From Deltaproteobacteria bacterium (GTDB lineage Bacteria; Desulfobacterota; Desulfobaccia; Desulfobaccales; 0-14-0-80-60-11): 64,000 nucleotides of DNA. The stretch's first letter is position 1. Each line of letters starts with the position of its first letter. Positions 8,699 to 17,542 of the stretch are shown piece after piece. The position numbers were made by a program, and so were the translations under genes. The stretch is taken from positions 1,669 to 65,668 of the forward strand of contig JAUSOZ010000015.1 of NCBI GenBank assembly GCA_030655955.1, read 5' to 3'. The notes under the pieces were generated by a model. It had not been told where the DNA came from. It did no database searches and worked only from the letters and a program-made list of their open reading frames with translations.

Positions 8699-9217
8699 AT
8701 GATTCCCACTGGGCTTAAGACAAGGCTGAGCCTGAAGATCATGTTAGCGGTCCTCGGGGTGCTTGGTTTCCTGGTTCCCGAGGCTGCCCTGGCTACCACG
8801 CAGTTTTCGGACATCCTGTACCTTGATGGCCAGAAACATTCCCTGGATAGCCTCCCCCTGGAGACGTATTACGGCCCCGGGAATCCTCGTCCCAAGTTCC
8901 GGGCGCCCAACACCGCCACCTGGCGCGGCTACATCGCCACCTGGGAGATTGACCGGGGCGTCCTCCATTTAAAGGCCATCCGGGCCTGGACCGACCGCGG
9001 CGAGGTGGGGCTCCCGGAACTGTTTCCCGGCCGGAAAGGCCCGGTGGCCGCAACCTGGTTTACCGGCAAGCTCAAGGTCCCCCAGGGCAAGGTCATCAAA
9101 CCCGCGGTGCCCCATCCTATTTATGGGAAATACCTCATGATCACGGTGGAGAAGGGTAGGGTGGTCAACCAGGAGGTCATTGACAATCCCGGAGGCACTC
9201 GATCGCCGGGACGGTAA
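8699..9217 (+). CDS. Hypothetical secreted protein
   Basis: N-terminal signal-like segment LKIMLAVLGVLGFLVPEAALA and coding-like composition. No family recognised. Confidence 0.45.
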   Translation: MIPTGLKTRLSLKIMLAVLGVLGFLVPEAALATTQFSDILYLDGQKHSLDSLPLETYYGPGNPRPKFRAPNTATWRGYIATWEIDRGVLHLKAIRAWTDRGEVGLPELFPGRKGPVAATWFTGKLKVPQGKVIKPAVPHPIYGKYLMITVEKGRVVNQEVIDNPGGTRSPGR

Positions 9218-9466
9218 GTACTCGGAGGCCGTTGTTCTCCGGGAAGTCCGCCGGCGCACCCATGGCGCCTGGTGATGCTTGCCGACCGCGGTTACGGGCG
9301 CTGGGTGCGCCCAGTGATCAGGATTCGGGTCCGGCGGCTGGCAGAGTGAGGGCCTTTTCTTAGGCAGCCCTTTCAGAGCGGGTGCTCCTGGTTTTCAGGT
9401 AATGCTTGCAGAATTGCCTCCTTCTCCCCTATAAAGAGAAAATAATGATTGTTTTTTTCAAATCAC

Positions 9467-9492
9467 TTGGCTATTCTTCTTATAAAATACCG
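9467..9492. promoter_or_regulatory. 8-6-8 palindrome (GCTATTCT-N6-AAAATACC), predicted ModE-like operator
   Basis: ttGGCTATTCTtcttatAAAATACCg lies immediately upstream of the modE-like start at 9495. It has the same architecture as the boxes at 9903, 9991 and 16561. Confidence 0.45.
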
Positions 9493-9494
9493 TT

Positions 9495-9881
9495 ATGAAA
9501 GGTAAGAAGCCTGACCACGGCAGGGGAACCGCTTTAGCGGCCAGCCCGGAAACCCAAGGGACGCAGATCAAAGGTCGCCTCTGGCTGGAGAAGTCTGGCG
9601 AAACCTTCATAAGCTGGGGCCGGGTGGTCCTGCTGGAGCGGATCAAAGAAACCGGTTCCATCGCCGCCGCCGCCCGCTCTCTGGAGATGGCTTACAGCCA
9701 TGCCTGGACCCTGGTGGCCAACATGAACCGTCTGGCCGGGGAAGAATTGGTGGCCCGGACCTTCGGAGGCAAGAACGGCGGCCGGGCCTGGCTCACCCCC
9801 GCCGGGGAGGCGGCCATCGCCCAATTCTGGGAGGTGGCTGGCAAGTTTAAGGGATGGCTGAAAAAGCAGGATGTTGAGTAG
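9495..9881 (+). CDS. ModE-family N-terminal (winged-helix) molybdate/tungstate-type regulator, no Mop domains
   Basis: GRLWLEKSGETFISWGRVVLLERIKETGSIAAAARSLEMAYSHAWTLVANMNRLAGEELV matches the ModE N-terminal HTH domain. The protein is only 128 aa, so the C-terminal di-Mop oxyanion-binding part is absent. Confidence 0.8.
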   Translation: MKGKKPDHGRGTALAASPETQGTQIKGRLWLEKSGETFISWGRVVLLERIKETGSIAAAARSLEMAYSHAWTLVANMNRLAGEELVARTFGGKNGGRAWLTPAGEAAIAQFWEVAGKFKGWLKKQDVE

Positions 9882-9902
9882 TTGCATTAAATTATTTTGG
9901 CA

Positions 9903-9927
9903 GCGCTATTTTATTAAAAGAATAGCC
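9903..9927. promoter_or_regulatory. 8-6-8 palindrome GCTATTTT-N6-AGAATAGC (distal box upstream of fdhA)
   Basis: gcGCTATTTTattaaaAGAATAGCc is embedded in an ~32-bp unit (ttttggcaGcgctattTtattAaaagaataGc). That unit is repeated 88 bp downstream. Confidence 0.5.
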
Positions 9928-9990
9928 AAGAAGGGGAGCCGCCTCCAGACGGGGCCGGTTGCCTGATTAATGCCTTATTAAGTTTTGGCA

Positions 9991-10016
9991 TCGCTATTCT
10001 ATTGAAAGAATAACGC
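9991..10016. promoter_or_regulatory. 8-6-8 palindrome GCTATTCT-N6-AGAATAAC (proximal box upstream of fdhA)
   Basis: tcGCTATTCTattgaaAGAATAACgc lies 14 nt upstream of the fdhA ATG region. It resembles the published E. coli ModE operator architecture (CGCTATATA-N-TATATAACG). Confidence 0.5.
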
Positions 10017-10029
10017 AAAGGAGATTGGT

Positions 10030-12063
10030 ATGGATTTCCGCTCGGTTCTCACCACGTGTCCTTACTGCGCCGTAGGCTGCAACCTCCTCTTACAGGTGTT
10101 GGATGGGCAGATCATCGGCACCCTGCCGGCGAAAACCGGACCGTCCAACCAAGGCAGCCTCTGTATCAAAGGCTGGAATGTGCATGAATTTATCCAGCAT
10201 AAGGACCGCCTGACCAAACCCCTCATTCGCCAGGGCGGTTCTCTTAAGGAAACCACCTGGGATGACGCCCTGGATTATGCCGCCTCCCAGTTGACGAGTC
10301 TCAAGGACCAGTATGGTCCGGAGAGCGTCGTCTTCGCGGGCTCGGCCCGCTGCACCAATGAAGAAACCTATATCTTTCAAAAATTTGCCCGCGCCGTGTT
10401 CGGTCATAACCACATCGATCACTGCGCCCGTCTCTGACACGCTCCGACGGTGGCCGGGCTGGCCGCCGCCTTTGGCAGTGGGGCGATGACCAATTCCTTT
10501 GCCGAATTGGAAAAGGCCAATTGTATTTTCGCCATCGGCACGAACACTACGGTGGCTCACCCCATTGCTTCCATGCGCCTCATGCGGGCCAAGGCCAATG
10601 GGGCCAAGCTGATTGTGGTCGACCCCCGGAGGACCCAGATCGCCTCCCTGGCCCATCTGCATATACAGCACCGCCTGGGAACCGACGTGGCCCTGATCAA
10701 CGGCATCATGCATATCATCTATAAGAATGGCTGGCACAACCAGGCTTTTATAGAGGCGCGGACGGAGAATTTCCCGGCCCTGATGGAGATGATCGATAAA
10801 TTCCCCCCGGAGCGGGTCTCCGAGATCACTGGAGTGCCGGTGGCCCAACTCCAACAGGCGGCGGAATGGTACTCCCAGGCCGAGGCCAGCGCCATCTGCT
10901 ACGTCTTGGGCATCACGCAGCATTCCACCGGCACCGACAACGTCAAGAGCCTGGCCAACCTGGCCATGATTTGCGGCCATATCGGCCGGCCCTCCACCGG
11001 GGTCAATCCCATCCGGGGACAGAATAACGTCCAGGGGGCCTGTGACATGGGCTGCCTGCCCAATGTCTTTCCCGGCTACCAGTATATTACCGTCCCGGAG
11101 AACCTGGAGAAGTTTGCCAAGGCCTGGAACGCCAAGTTATCGCCCACCCCCGGCCTCACCATGTTCGAGCAGATCGATGCGATTCTGGAAGGGAAAGTTA
11201 AAGGGCTGGTGGTCTTTGGAGCCAATCCGGTGACGAGCTACCCCGATGTCAACCGGGTGGAAAAGGCTATGAAAGCCCTGGAGTTCTTGCTGGTCATGGA
11301 CATCTTCCCCACCCCAACCACGGAGTTTGCCCACGTGGTACTCCCCGCGACCTCGTTTGCGGAGTCGGACGGCACCTTCTCCAGCTCCGAGCGCCGGGTG
11401 CAGCGGGTGCGGCCCGCCATCGACCCCATCCCGGGAAAGACCAACTGGGAAGCCATCCAGGAACTCTCCACCCGCATGGGGTATCCCATGAATTTCACCT
11501 CGGGAGAGGACATCTTCAACGAAATGGCCTCCCTGACCCCGGCCTTCGGGGGCATGACTTTTGAGCGCCTCAATGAGAAGGGCCTTTGCTGGCCCTGTCC
11601 CACCCCGGACCATCCCGGCACCCAATATTTGCATAAAGACAGGTTCGCCCGGGGCTTGGGGGCCTTTCAGTCCATCGACTACCGGCCGCCGGCCGAGGCC
11701 CCGGACGCCGAGTATCCCCTGTGGCTGACCACCGGCACCCTCTTCACCCATTATCTCACCGGCACCATGACCCGGCGGTGTCCCTCTCTGCATCATGAAA
11801 ATCCGGTGGTGGAAGTGGAAATCCATCCTGAAGACGCCCACCGCCTGCACATCCAGCCGGGGGAGGAGGTTAAGGCCACCAGCCGCCGGGGCAGCATCAT
11901 GGTCAAGGCCTTGGTAACCGAGCGGGTCAAGCCCGGGGTGGTGTTCATCCCGCTGCATTTCGCCGAAAACGCCGCCAACCGGCTCACCAATGCGGCCTTG
12001 GATCCTATTACCAAGACCCCGGAATACAAGGTGTGCGCGGTCAGCTTGGACAAAGTGGCATAA
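10030..12063 (+). CDS. fdhA: Formate dehydrogenase catalytic (molybdo/tungstopterin) subunit, selenocysteine-containing, FdhF/FdhA type
   Basis: The track ORFs 10030..10437 and 10450..12063 are in the same frame and are separated only by TGA at 10435-10437, which sits in the active-site motif [26 protein letters not shown]. There is an N-terminal 4Fe-4S motif (CPYCAVGC..C), no Tat signal, and molybdopterin oxidoreductase motifs throughout. Confidence 0.92.
10446..10470 (+). other. Putative bacterial SECIS hairpin
   Basis: GACGGUGGCC-GGGCU-GGCCGCCGCC forms a 10-bp stem (one A.C mismatch, one G.U pair) and starts 11 nt after the UGA. The apical loop falls ~22-26 nt from the U of UGA. Confidence 0.5.
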
Positions 12064-12072
12064 ACCCCCAAC

Positions 12073-12112
12073 TTCACCCCCACCCCACCCCTTCCCCCGG
12101 GGTGGGGGTGAA
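12073..12112 (+). other. Strong GC hairpin between fdhA and the FmdE-like gene (no T-tract)
   Basis: TTCACCCCCACCCC ... GGGGTGGGGGTGAA gives a perfect 14-bp stem. It is followed by ccataact rather than a U-run, so it is probably an RNA-stability or processing element rather than a terminator. Confidence 0.4.
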
Positions 12113-12150
12113 CCATAACTCAGCCCACGGTTACTCTCGGTGATCAGGAT

Positions 12151-13785
12151 ATGCATATCGGCTCTTATTCCTACGACGATTTTATGCAACTGGTTAAGTC
12201 TTTCCATGGCAATGTGGCTCCCGGCGTCGTCATCGGCGGCATCATGGTCGAGGTGGCCCGGCGCCGTCTCCCGGCGGAGATCTTGTTTGACGCGGTCTGC
12301 GAAACCCGGAATTGTCTTCCCGACGCGGTCCAGCTTCTCACCCCGTGCACCATCGGCAACGGCTGGCTCAAGGTGATCAACGTGGGACGCTTCGCCCTCA
12401 GCCTTTACGATAAGTACGAGGGGAAAGGGGTGCGGGTCTTTCTGGACCCGGTGCAGGTGGCCGACTGGCCGGAAATTAATACCTGGTATCTCAAGCTCAA
12501 ACCCAAAAAGGAGCAGGCCCCGGCCCTGCTGCTGGAAGAAATCCGGCAGGCCGGGGCGGAAATCCTGGGATGGCAGCAAGTCCAAATCCGGCCCCAGTTT
12601 CTCGGCAAGCGCCACCGGGGCCGTATAGTCGTCTGCCCTCTGTGCCGGGAAGCCTATCCGGCCGCAGATGGCGGCATCTGCCGGGCCTGCCAGGGCGAGC
12701 CCCTTTATCTGGCTGATGGGAGGGAAGCAGAAGCGGCCTTTGAGGCCCCGGCGCTGCACTTGTTGCCGGTGGAGCAGGCGGTGGGCCACCGGGCCCTGCA
12801 CGATATGACCATGATCAACCCTGGGGCCAGTAAAGGCCCGGCCTTTAACAAGGGCCATATCATCGGGGTGGGGGACCTCTGCCGCTTGCAGCAGATGGGC
12901 CGGCGGCACCTCTATGTGATGACGGAAGATCAGGTCGGCCCCGAGTGGGTGCACGAGAATGAAGCCGCCCTGGCCTTTGCCCAGGCCATGGCTGGAGAAG
13001 GAGTCACCTTTAGCGAACCTCCCCGGGAAGGCAAGGTCAATCTGGTAGCCGGTCGGGACGGGCTCCTGGTGGTGGATGAACCTAGGCTGGAGAGCTTCAA
13101 CCTGGTGCCCGGGGTCATGTGCGCCTGCCGCCAGGGCTACTCGGTGCTCAGCCAGGGCCGGATGCTGGGCGGCACCAGGGCGATTCCCCTGTTTCTGCCC
13201 CGGGCCGATTTTCATAAGGCCATGGCCCTGTTGAGCGACGGGCCCCTGTTCAGCGTGCTCCCCCTGCGTCAACCCCGGGTCGGCATTCTGGTAACCGGCA
13301 CCGAGGTCTTCATGGGGCTGGTGGAGGATAAATTCGTCCCCATCATCAGCACCAAGGTGGAGAAATTCGGCGGTCAAGTGCTGAAATCCTTGATCGTGGC
13401 CGACGATCGCCGAGCCATCGGCCAAGGGGTGCAGGAACTGCTGGACTGCGGCATTGATCTTTTGGTGACCACCGCCGGGCTCTCCGTGGACCCCGATGAC
13501 GTTACCCGCCAGGGACTGGTGGACGCCGGCGCCACGGATATGCTGTATGGCGCCCCCATTTTGCCGGGGGCCATGACCTTGCTGGCCCATATCGGGAGCG
13601 TCCAGGTTATGGGGGTGCCGGCCTGCGCCCTCTTCTTCAAGACCACCAGTTTCGATCTCCTGCTGCCGCGCCTTTTGGCGGGCCTGGAAATCACCCGGCG
13701 CGATCTGGCCCGCCTGGCTAACGGCGCATTTTGTCTGGAGTGCAAGGTATGCACTTTTCCTCAGAAATGCCCCTTCGGGAAATAA
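12151..13785 (+). CDS. FmdE-domain / Zn-ribbon / MoeA-N-like / molybdopterin-binding (MoCF) domain fusion protein
   Basis: N-terminal FmdE motifs (FHGNVAPGVVIGG, DAVQLLTPCTIGNG). Zn-ribbon CPLCREAYPAADGGICRACQG. C-terminal MogA/MoaB-like domain (VGILVTGTEVF ... DLLVTTAGLSVDPDDVT ... ILPGAMT), ending with CLECKVCTFPQKC. Confidence 0.75.
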   Translation: MHIGSYSYDDFMQLVKSFHGNVAPGVVIGGIMVEVARRRLPAEILFDAVCETRNCLPDAVQLLTPCTIGNGWLKVINVGRFALSLYDKYEGKGVRVFLDPVQVADWPEINTWYLKLKPKKEQAPALLLEEIRQAGAEILGWQQVQIRPQFLGKRHRGRIVVCPLCREAYPAADGGICRACQGEPLYLADGREAEAAFEAPALHLLPVEQAVGHRALHDMTMINPGASKGPAFNKGHIIGVGDLCRLQQMGRRHLYVMTEDQVGPEWVHENEAALAFAQAMAGEGVTFSEPPREGKVNLVAGRDGLLVVDEPRLESFNLVPGVMCACRQGYSVLSQGRMLGGTRAIPLFLPRADFHKAMALLSDGPLFSVLPLRQPRVGILVTGTEVFMGLVEDKFVPIISTKVEKFGGQVLKSLIVADDRRAIGQGVQELLDCGIDLLVTTAGLSVDPDDVTRQGLVDAGATDMLYGAPILPGAMTLLAHIGSVQVMGVPACALFFKTTSFDLLLPRLLAGLEITRRDLARLANGAFCLECKVCTFPQKCPFGK

Positions 13786-14059
13786 GCTTGGTGGTCGAAC
13801 TTCACCTCTTCCCGGGTTACCGGATTGGCCCCAAGTTGCGATAGAGGTCTGGGGCAACCCGCCTTAAAAGAATACCTAAATGTAAAACTAATCACTGGCA
13901 CTATTCACTAATTATACATTATCGTATTTTTAAGGAGCAAAAGGCTGCCGTGAATTTATCTCCTAAATCTATTTTACTAATAAATAAGATAAGTTAGTAA
14001 TTTGATCAAATTGGGGGCATGGAACTTGCCTTTCCCTAATAGCAAAATATCGCTTAGGA

Positions 14060-14746
14060 ATGTGGACGGGTATCGTGAATTTCGCCGTGGATTTAACCCC
14101 TTTATGGTTGACCTTAAAAGTGGCAGGAGTGGCCACCCTGGTGACTTTTATCGTCGGGGTGAGTCTGGCCTTCCTGGTGGCCCGGAGCCGGTTTTGGGGC
14201 CGGGAAGGTCTGGACGCCCTGTGCACCCTGCCCCTGGTGCTGCCGCCCACGGTCCTGGGCTACTACCTCATCGTCCTGATCGGGCGGAATGGTTGGTTGG
14301 GCCGCTGGCTCCAGGAAACCTGGGGGATTTCCTTAATTTTTACCTGGCAGGGCGCGGTCCTGGCCGCGGCCGTGGTGTCCCTGCCCCTGATCTTCAAATC
14401 GGCCCCGGCTGCCTTTGAAGAGGTGAACCTTGAGCTGGAAAATGCCGCCCGCACTCTGGGCCTGTCCGAGACGGCGGTCTTTTTCCGGGTATCTCTCCCC
14501 CTGGCCTGGCGGGGGATTCTGGCCGGGGGCATGCTGGCCTTCGCCCGGGCCATGGGTGAGTTCGGCGCCACCCTGATGGTGGCCGGCAACCTTCCCGGCA
14601 AGACCCAGACCCTGTCCCTGGCCGTGTACGACGCGGTCCAGGCCGGCAATGACGCGAGAGCCACCGTCCTGGTAATTATCATTTCGACGGTATGCCTTAC
14701 CATCCTGGTGGTCTCCGGCAAGGCCTTCAAGGCTGGCTATATGTGA
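14060..14746 (+). CDS. modB: Molybdate ABC transporter permease
   Basis: ModB-typical LTPLWLTLKVA, CTLPLVLPPTVLGYYL and the EAA loop ENAARTLGLSETAVFFRVSLPLA. Confidence 0.85.
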   Translation: MWTGIVNFAVDLTPLWLTLKVAGVATLVTFIVGVSLAFLVARSRFWGREGLDALCTLPLVLPPTVLGYYLIVLIGRNGWLGRWLQETWGISLIFTWQGAVLAAAVVSLPLIFKSAPAAFEEVNLELENAARTLGLSETAVFFRVSLPLAWRGILAGGMLAFARAMGEFGATLMVAGNLPGKTQTLSLAVYDAVQAGNDARATVLVIIISTVCLTILVVSGKAFKAGYM

Positions 14747-14762
14747 AGGAAAGGAGATTTGT

Positions 14763-15524
14763 GTGACTAATCTGAAGTCCATCATCATGCTGTTATTGGG
14801 TGTTATGCTTATCTGGCCGGCGCCGGCCCTGGCCGACCAGGAACTGATCGTCTCCGCTGCTGCCAGCCTCACCAATGCCATGAAGGAGGCGGCCGGGCAA
14901 TTCGAGGCCACCCATCCCGGCACCAAAATCCTGTGTAATTTTGCATCATCCGGTTCCTTGCTGCAGCAAATGGCTCACGGCGCCCCGGTGGACGTGTTTG
15001 CCGCGGCGGACCAAAAGACCATGAATCAGGCCCAGGAGAAGGGGCTCATCGTGCCGGCCAGCCGGAAAAATTTTGTCAGCAACAGCCTGGTGCTCATCAA
15101 ACCTCTGGATTCCCCACTGGCCTTGGGCGGTCTTCAGGACCTGGCCAAACCGGAGGTGAAGCGGGTGGCGGTGGGTAACCCGGCCACTGTGCCCGCAGGG
15201 CGTTACACCAAAGAGGCCCTGGTGAAGGCGGGTCTGTGGGATCAGCTGAGCCCCAAGTTCATCATGGCGGAGTCGGTGCGCCAGGTCCTGGATTACGTCG
15301 GCCGGGGCGAGGTGGACACGGGCTTTGTTTATTCAACCGACGCGGCCATTGCCCGGGGGAAGGTCAAGGTCATGCAGACGGTGGAGGGCCACGCCCCCAT
15401 CCTCTATCCCCTGGCCATCACCGCGGCCACGGGAAAGAAAGTCCTGGCCCAGAGCTTTGTTGATTTTATCTTGAGCCCGGCTGCCCAGGAGATCTTCAAG
15501 AAATATGGCTTTGGCCCAGCCTAG
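14763..15524 (+). CDS. modA: Molybdate-binding periplasmic protein
   Basis: GTG start preceded by AAGGAGA. Signal peptide, then ELIVSAAASLTNAM ... NFASSGSLLQQ ... VDVFAAAD ... VAVGNPATVPAGRY ... GFVYSTDA, typical of ModA. Confidence 0.85.
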   Translation: MTNLKSIIMLLLGVMLIWPAPALADQELIVSAAASLTNAMKEAAGQFEATHPGTKILCNFASSGSLLQQMAHGAPVDVFAAADQKTMNQAQEKGLIVPASRKNFVSNSLVLIKPLDSPLALGGLQDLAKPEVKRVAVGNPATVPAGRYTKEALVKAGLWDQLSPKFIMAESVRQVLDYVGRGEVDTGFVYSTDAAIARGKVKVMQTVEGHAPILYPLAITAATGKKVLAQSFVDFILSPAAQEIFKKYGFGPA

Positions 15525-15568
15525 CCGGTTCAGCAGGGTTACCCGCGGGTAGCAAGGCCGATAACATC

Positions 15569-16312
15569 ATGAAAATCATGGTAGATATCAAAAAACGGTT
15601 GTGGTCGGGACGGCGGGTCTTCCGCCTGGAAGTGGCGTTTGCCTCGGATAAAGACTTCGTCGTCCTGTTCGGTCCCTCGGGGGTGGGCAAAAGTCTCACC
15701 CTGCAGACGATCGCCGGCCTCACTACCCCGGATGAAGGGCGCATCGTGGTGGGGGAGCGAACCCTTTTCGATTCCTCCCGGAAGATCAGGGTACCGGCCC
15801 GCCATCGGAACGTGGGCTATGTCTTCCAGGATTACGCCCTGTTTCCCCACCTGACGGTGGCCCAGAATGTTTCTTTCGGTCTGAAACAAGGCTGGCCCTG
15901 GTACCTGCCGCGGGGAGAACGGCTGCGCCTGGATGAGGCGCTGGAGATTTTTGAGTTGACTCCCCTGAAATACTCCCTGCCCCGGGACCTGTCCGGAGGA
16001 CAACGGCAGCGAGTCGCCCTGGCCCGGGCCCTCATCCGTCGCCCCAGCCTGCTGCTCCTGGATGAGCCGTTTTCATCCCTGGATGCCCTGCTGCGAGTCA
16101 AAATGCGCCAGGAACTTTTGAAGCTTAAGGAGCGGTTTACCATTCCGGTCATACTCATAACCCATGATCCCCAGGACGTGGCGGCCCTGGCGGAAACCGT
16201 GGTGGTCTATGAACATGGCCGGGTGAGTAAAATAATTTCACCACCCAAACACGATTACCCGGTAAGGGAACGCCCCTCGTTATCATCCTGGGCCGCCAAC
16301 CTGTGCGCATGA
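15569..16312 (+). CDS. modC: Molybdate-type ABC transporter ATPase, short form without TOBE domain
   Basis: Walker A GPSGVGKS, signature LSGGQRQRVALARAL, Walker B LLLLDEPFSSLD. At only 247 aa it has no C-terminal TOBE/Mop region. Confidence 0.8.
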   Translation: MKIMVDIKKRLWSGRRVFRLEVAFASDKDFVVLFGPSGVGKSLTLQTIAGLTTPDEGRIVVGERTLFDSSRKIRVPARHRNVGYVFQDYALFPHLTVAQNVSFGLKQGWPWYLPRGERLRLDEALEIFELTPLKYSLPRDLSGGQRQRVALARALIRRPSLLLLDEPFSSLDALLRVKMRQELLKLKERFTIPVILITHDPQDVAALAETVVVYEHGRVSKIISPPKHDYPVRERPSLSSWAANLCA

Positions 16313-16560
16313 ACTCGTCGCCAGAGAGAGCCGGGATTCATTCCCCACAATTACCTGATGGATAGGCTCGGAACCAGCGTCTTACTATCTACACCCACCC
16401 GCAGCGCCTGAGTGCTTTAGCTCAAAAGTAAAAACCTGAAGCCGGCGTTAAACGAGGGTGCCTCATCCCTGCGAGCCCCTGACCCCCCGGTATTCCCCTG
16501 AAATTCCGCCAGCCGCGCTAAGAAATTTTGTCGCAAAATCTCTGGTTTTGTTTTATGATC

Positions 16561-16590
16561 TTCGCTATTCTTACAAACAAATATCGGCAA
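16561..16590. promoter_or_regulatory. Weaker 8-6-8 box (GCTATTCT-N6-CAAATATC) upstream of the tupA-like gene
   Basis: ttcGCTATTCTtacaaaCAAATATCggcaa. The left half is identical to the other boxes and the right half is partial. It lies inside the spurious N-terminal extension of track ORF 16528. Confidence 0.35.
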
Positions 16591-16611
16591 TTGATACGGA
16601 TGGAGGAGAAG

Positions 16612-17472
16612 ATGCGGATCAAGAATTTATTGTCACTGTTTGCAGTTATCGCTCTCGTGATGTTGGGAACTTCGTGCTATGCCGGGGACCAGCCCGCCGC
16701 GGTTTATGGCAACGGCGCTAACCAATTTTCCCTGGCCACCGGCAGCCCCGGGGAGTTAGGGCTTTTACAGGTCCTGGCCGAGGCCTTCGGCAAGCAGGAC
16801 AACGCCAAAATGACCTGGTTTAAAGCCGGTTCGGGTAAGTCCCTGCAACTTCTGAAAGACAAGAAAGTGGACATGATCATGGTGCACGCCCCGGCGGCGG
16901 AAAAGAAGGCGGTACAAGATGGCTGGGCCACTAAGAAAACCCTCCTCGGCTCCAATGAGTTTTTCATCGTGGGTCCGGCCAATGACCCGGCCAAGATCGC
17001 CGGGGCCAAAACCGCGGTAGACGCTTACCGCCGCATTGCCGCCGCCAAGGCCAAGTTCTTCTCCCGGGGCGATAATTCCGGGACTCATAAGAAAGAAATG
17101 GGTATATGGAAGAAAGCCGAAATCAAGCCCCAGGGCGACTGGTACGTGGTCACCAAGGATTTTATGACCGCCACCTTAAAACGGGCCAACCAGGAAAAGG
17201 GTTATTTCATGGTGGACAGCAGCACCTGGGTGGCCGACAAGAAGGATGTTCCGAACCTGAAAATTCTCTTCAAAGGCGACAAACTGCTGGTGAATACCTA
17301 CCATGCGCTCTGCCAGCCGTCCGGCGCCACTCCGGGTGCGGGCACGGCCGCCAAATTCATCGACTTTGTGGCTTCTCCCCAGGGGCAAAAAATTATTCAG
17401 GATTACGGCCAGGACAAATATGGCACGGGGTTGTATAACGACGCGGCCTACGCCAAGCAATACGACGATTAA
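16612..17472 (+). CDS. TupA-like periplasmic oxyanion-binding protein (divergent paralog)
   Basis: ATG at 16612 is preceded by GGAGGAG and opens a lipoprotein-like signal peptide (MRIKNLLSLFAVIALVMLGTSCYAG). It shares SRGDNSGTHKKE and the overall alignment with the downstream TupA, but has LATGSPGELGL where TupA has ASTTSTQNSGL. Confidence 0.75.
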   Translation: MRIKNLLSLFAVIALVMLGTSCYAGDQPAAVYGNGANQFSLATGSPGELGLLQVLAEAFGKQDNAKMTWFKAGSGKSLQLLKDKKVDMIMVHAPAAEKKAVQDGWATKKTLLGSNEFFIVGPANDPAKIAGAKTAVDAYRRIAAAKAKFFSRGDNSGTHKKEMGIWKKAEIKPQGDWYVVTKDFMTATLKRANQEKGYFMVDSSTWVADKKDVPNLKILFKGDKLLVNTYHALCQPSGATPGAGTAAKFIDFVASPQGQKIIQDYGQDKYGTGLYNDAAYAKQYDD

Positions 17473-17542
17473 TCGGCGCGCCCCCGGTCGAACCCGGATC
17501 AGCCTTCCCTGTGGGGATAGACAAGCATAAGGAGAGAAAGGC

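Noticed and set aside
9983-10005. TTGGCA..-type sigma-54-like element upstream of fdhA
   Set aside because: The -12 position reads TTCT rather than TTGC. The sequence is better explained as the left part of the 8-6-8 palindrome unit.
11137-13857. 906-aa ORF on the minus strand spanning fdhA and the FmdE-like gene
   Set aside because: It is antisense to two genes with strong family motifs. Its translation is low-complexity (G/R/P/H/A-rich) with no domain-like features. This is a typical stop-codon-poor antisense frame in GC-rich DNA.
16313-16611. Possible Moco/Tuco riboswitch in the 300-nt leader of the tupA-like gene
   Set aside because: The location is suggestive, but I cannot reconstruct the conserved Moco-motif core from memory with enough certainty to match it. 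A cmscan against RF01055 is needed before any claim.
16528-16611. N-terminal extension of the tupA-like ORF (track start 16528)
   Set aside because: The extension (MSQNLWFCFMIFAILTNKYRQLIR) has no signal-peptide logic and covers the predicted operator. The ATG at 16612 has a GGAGGAG RBS and opens a proper lipoprotein signal peptide.
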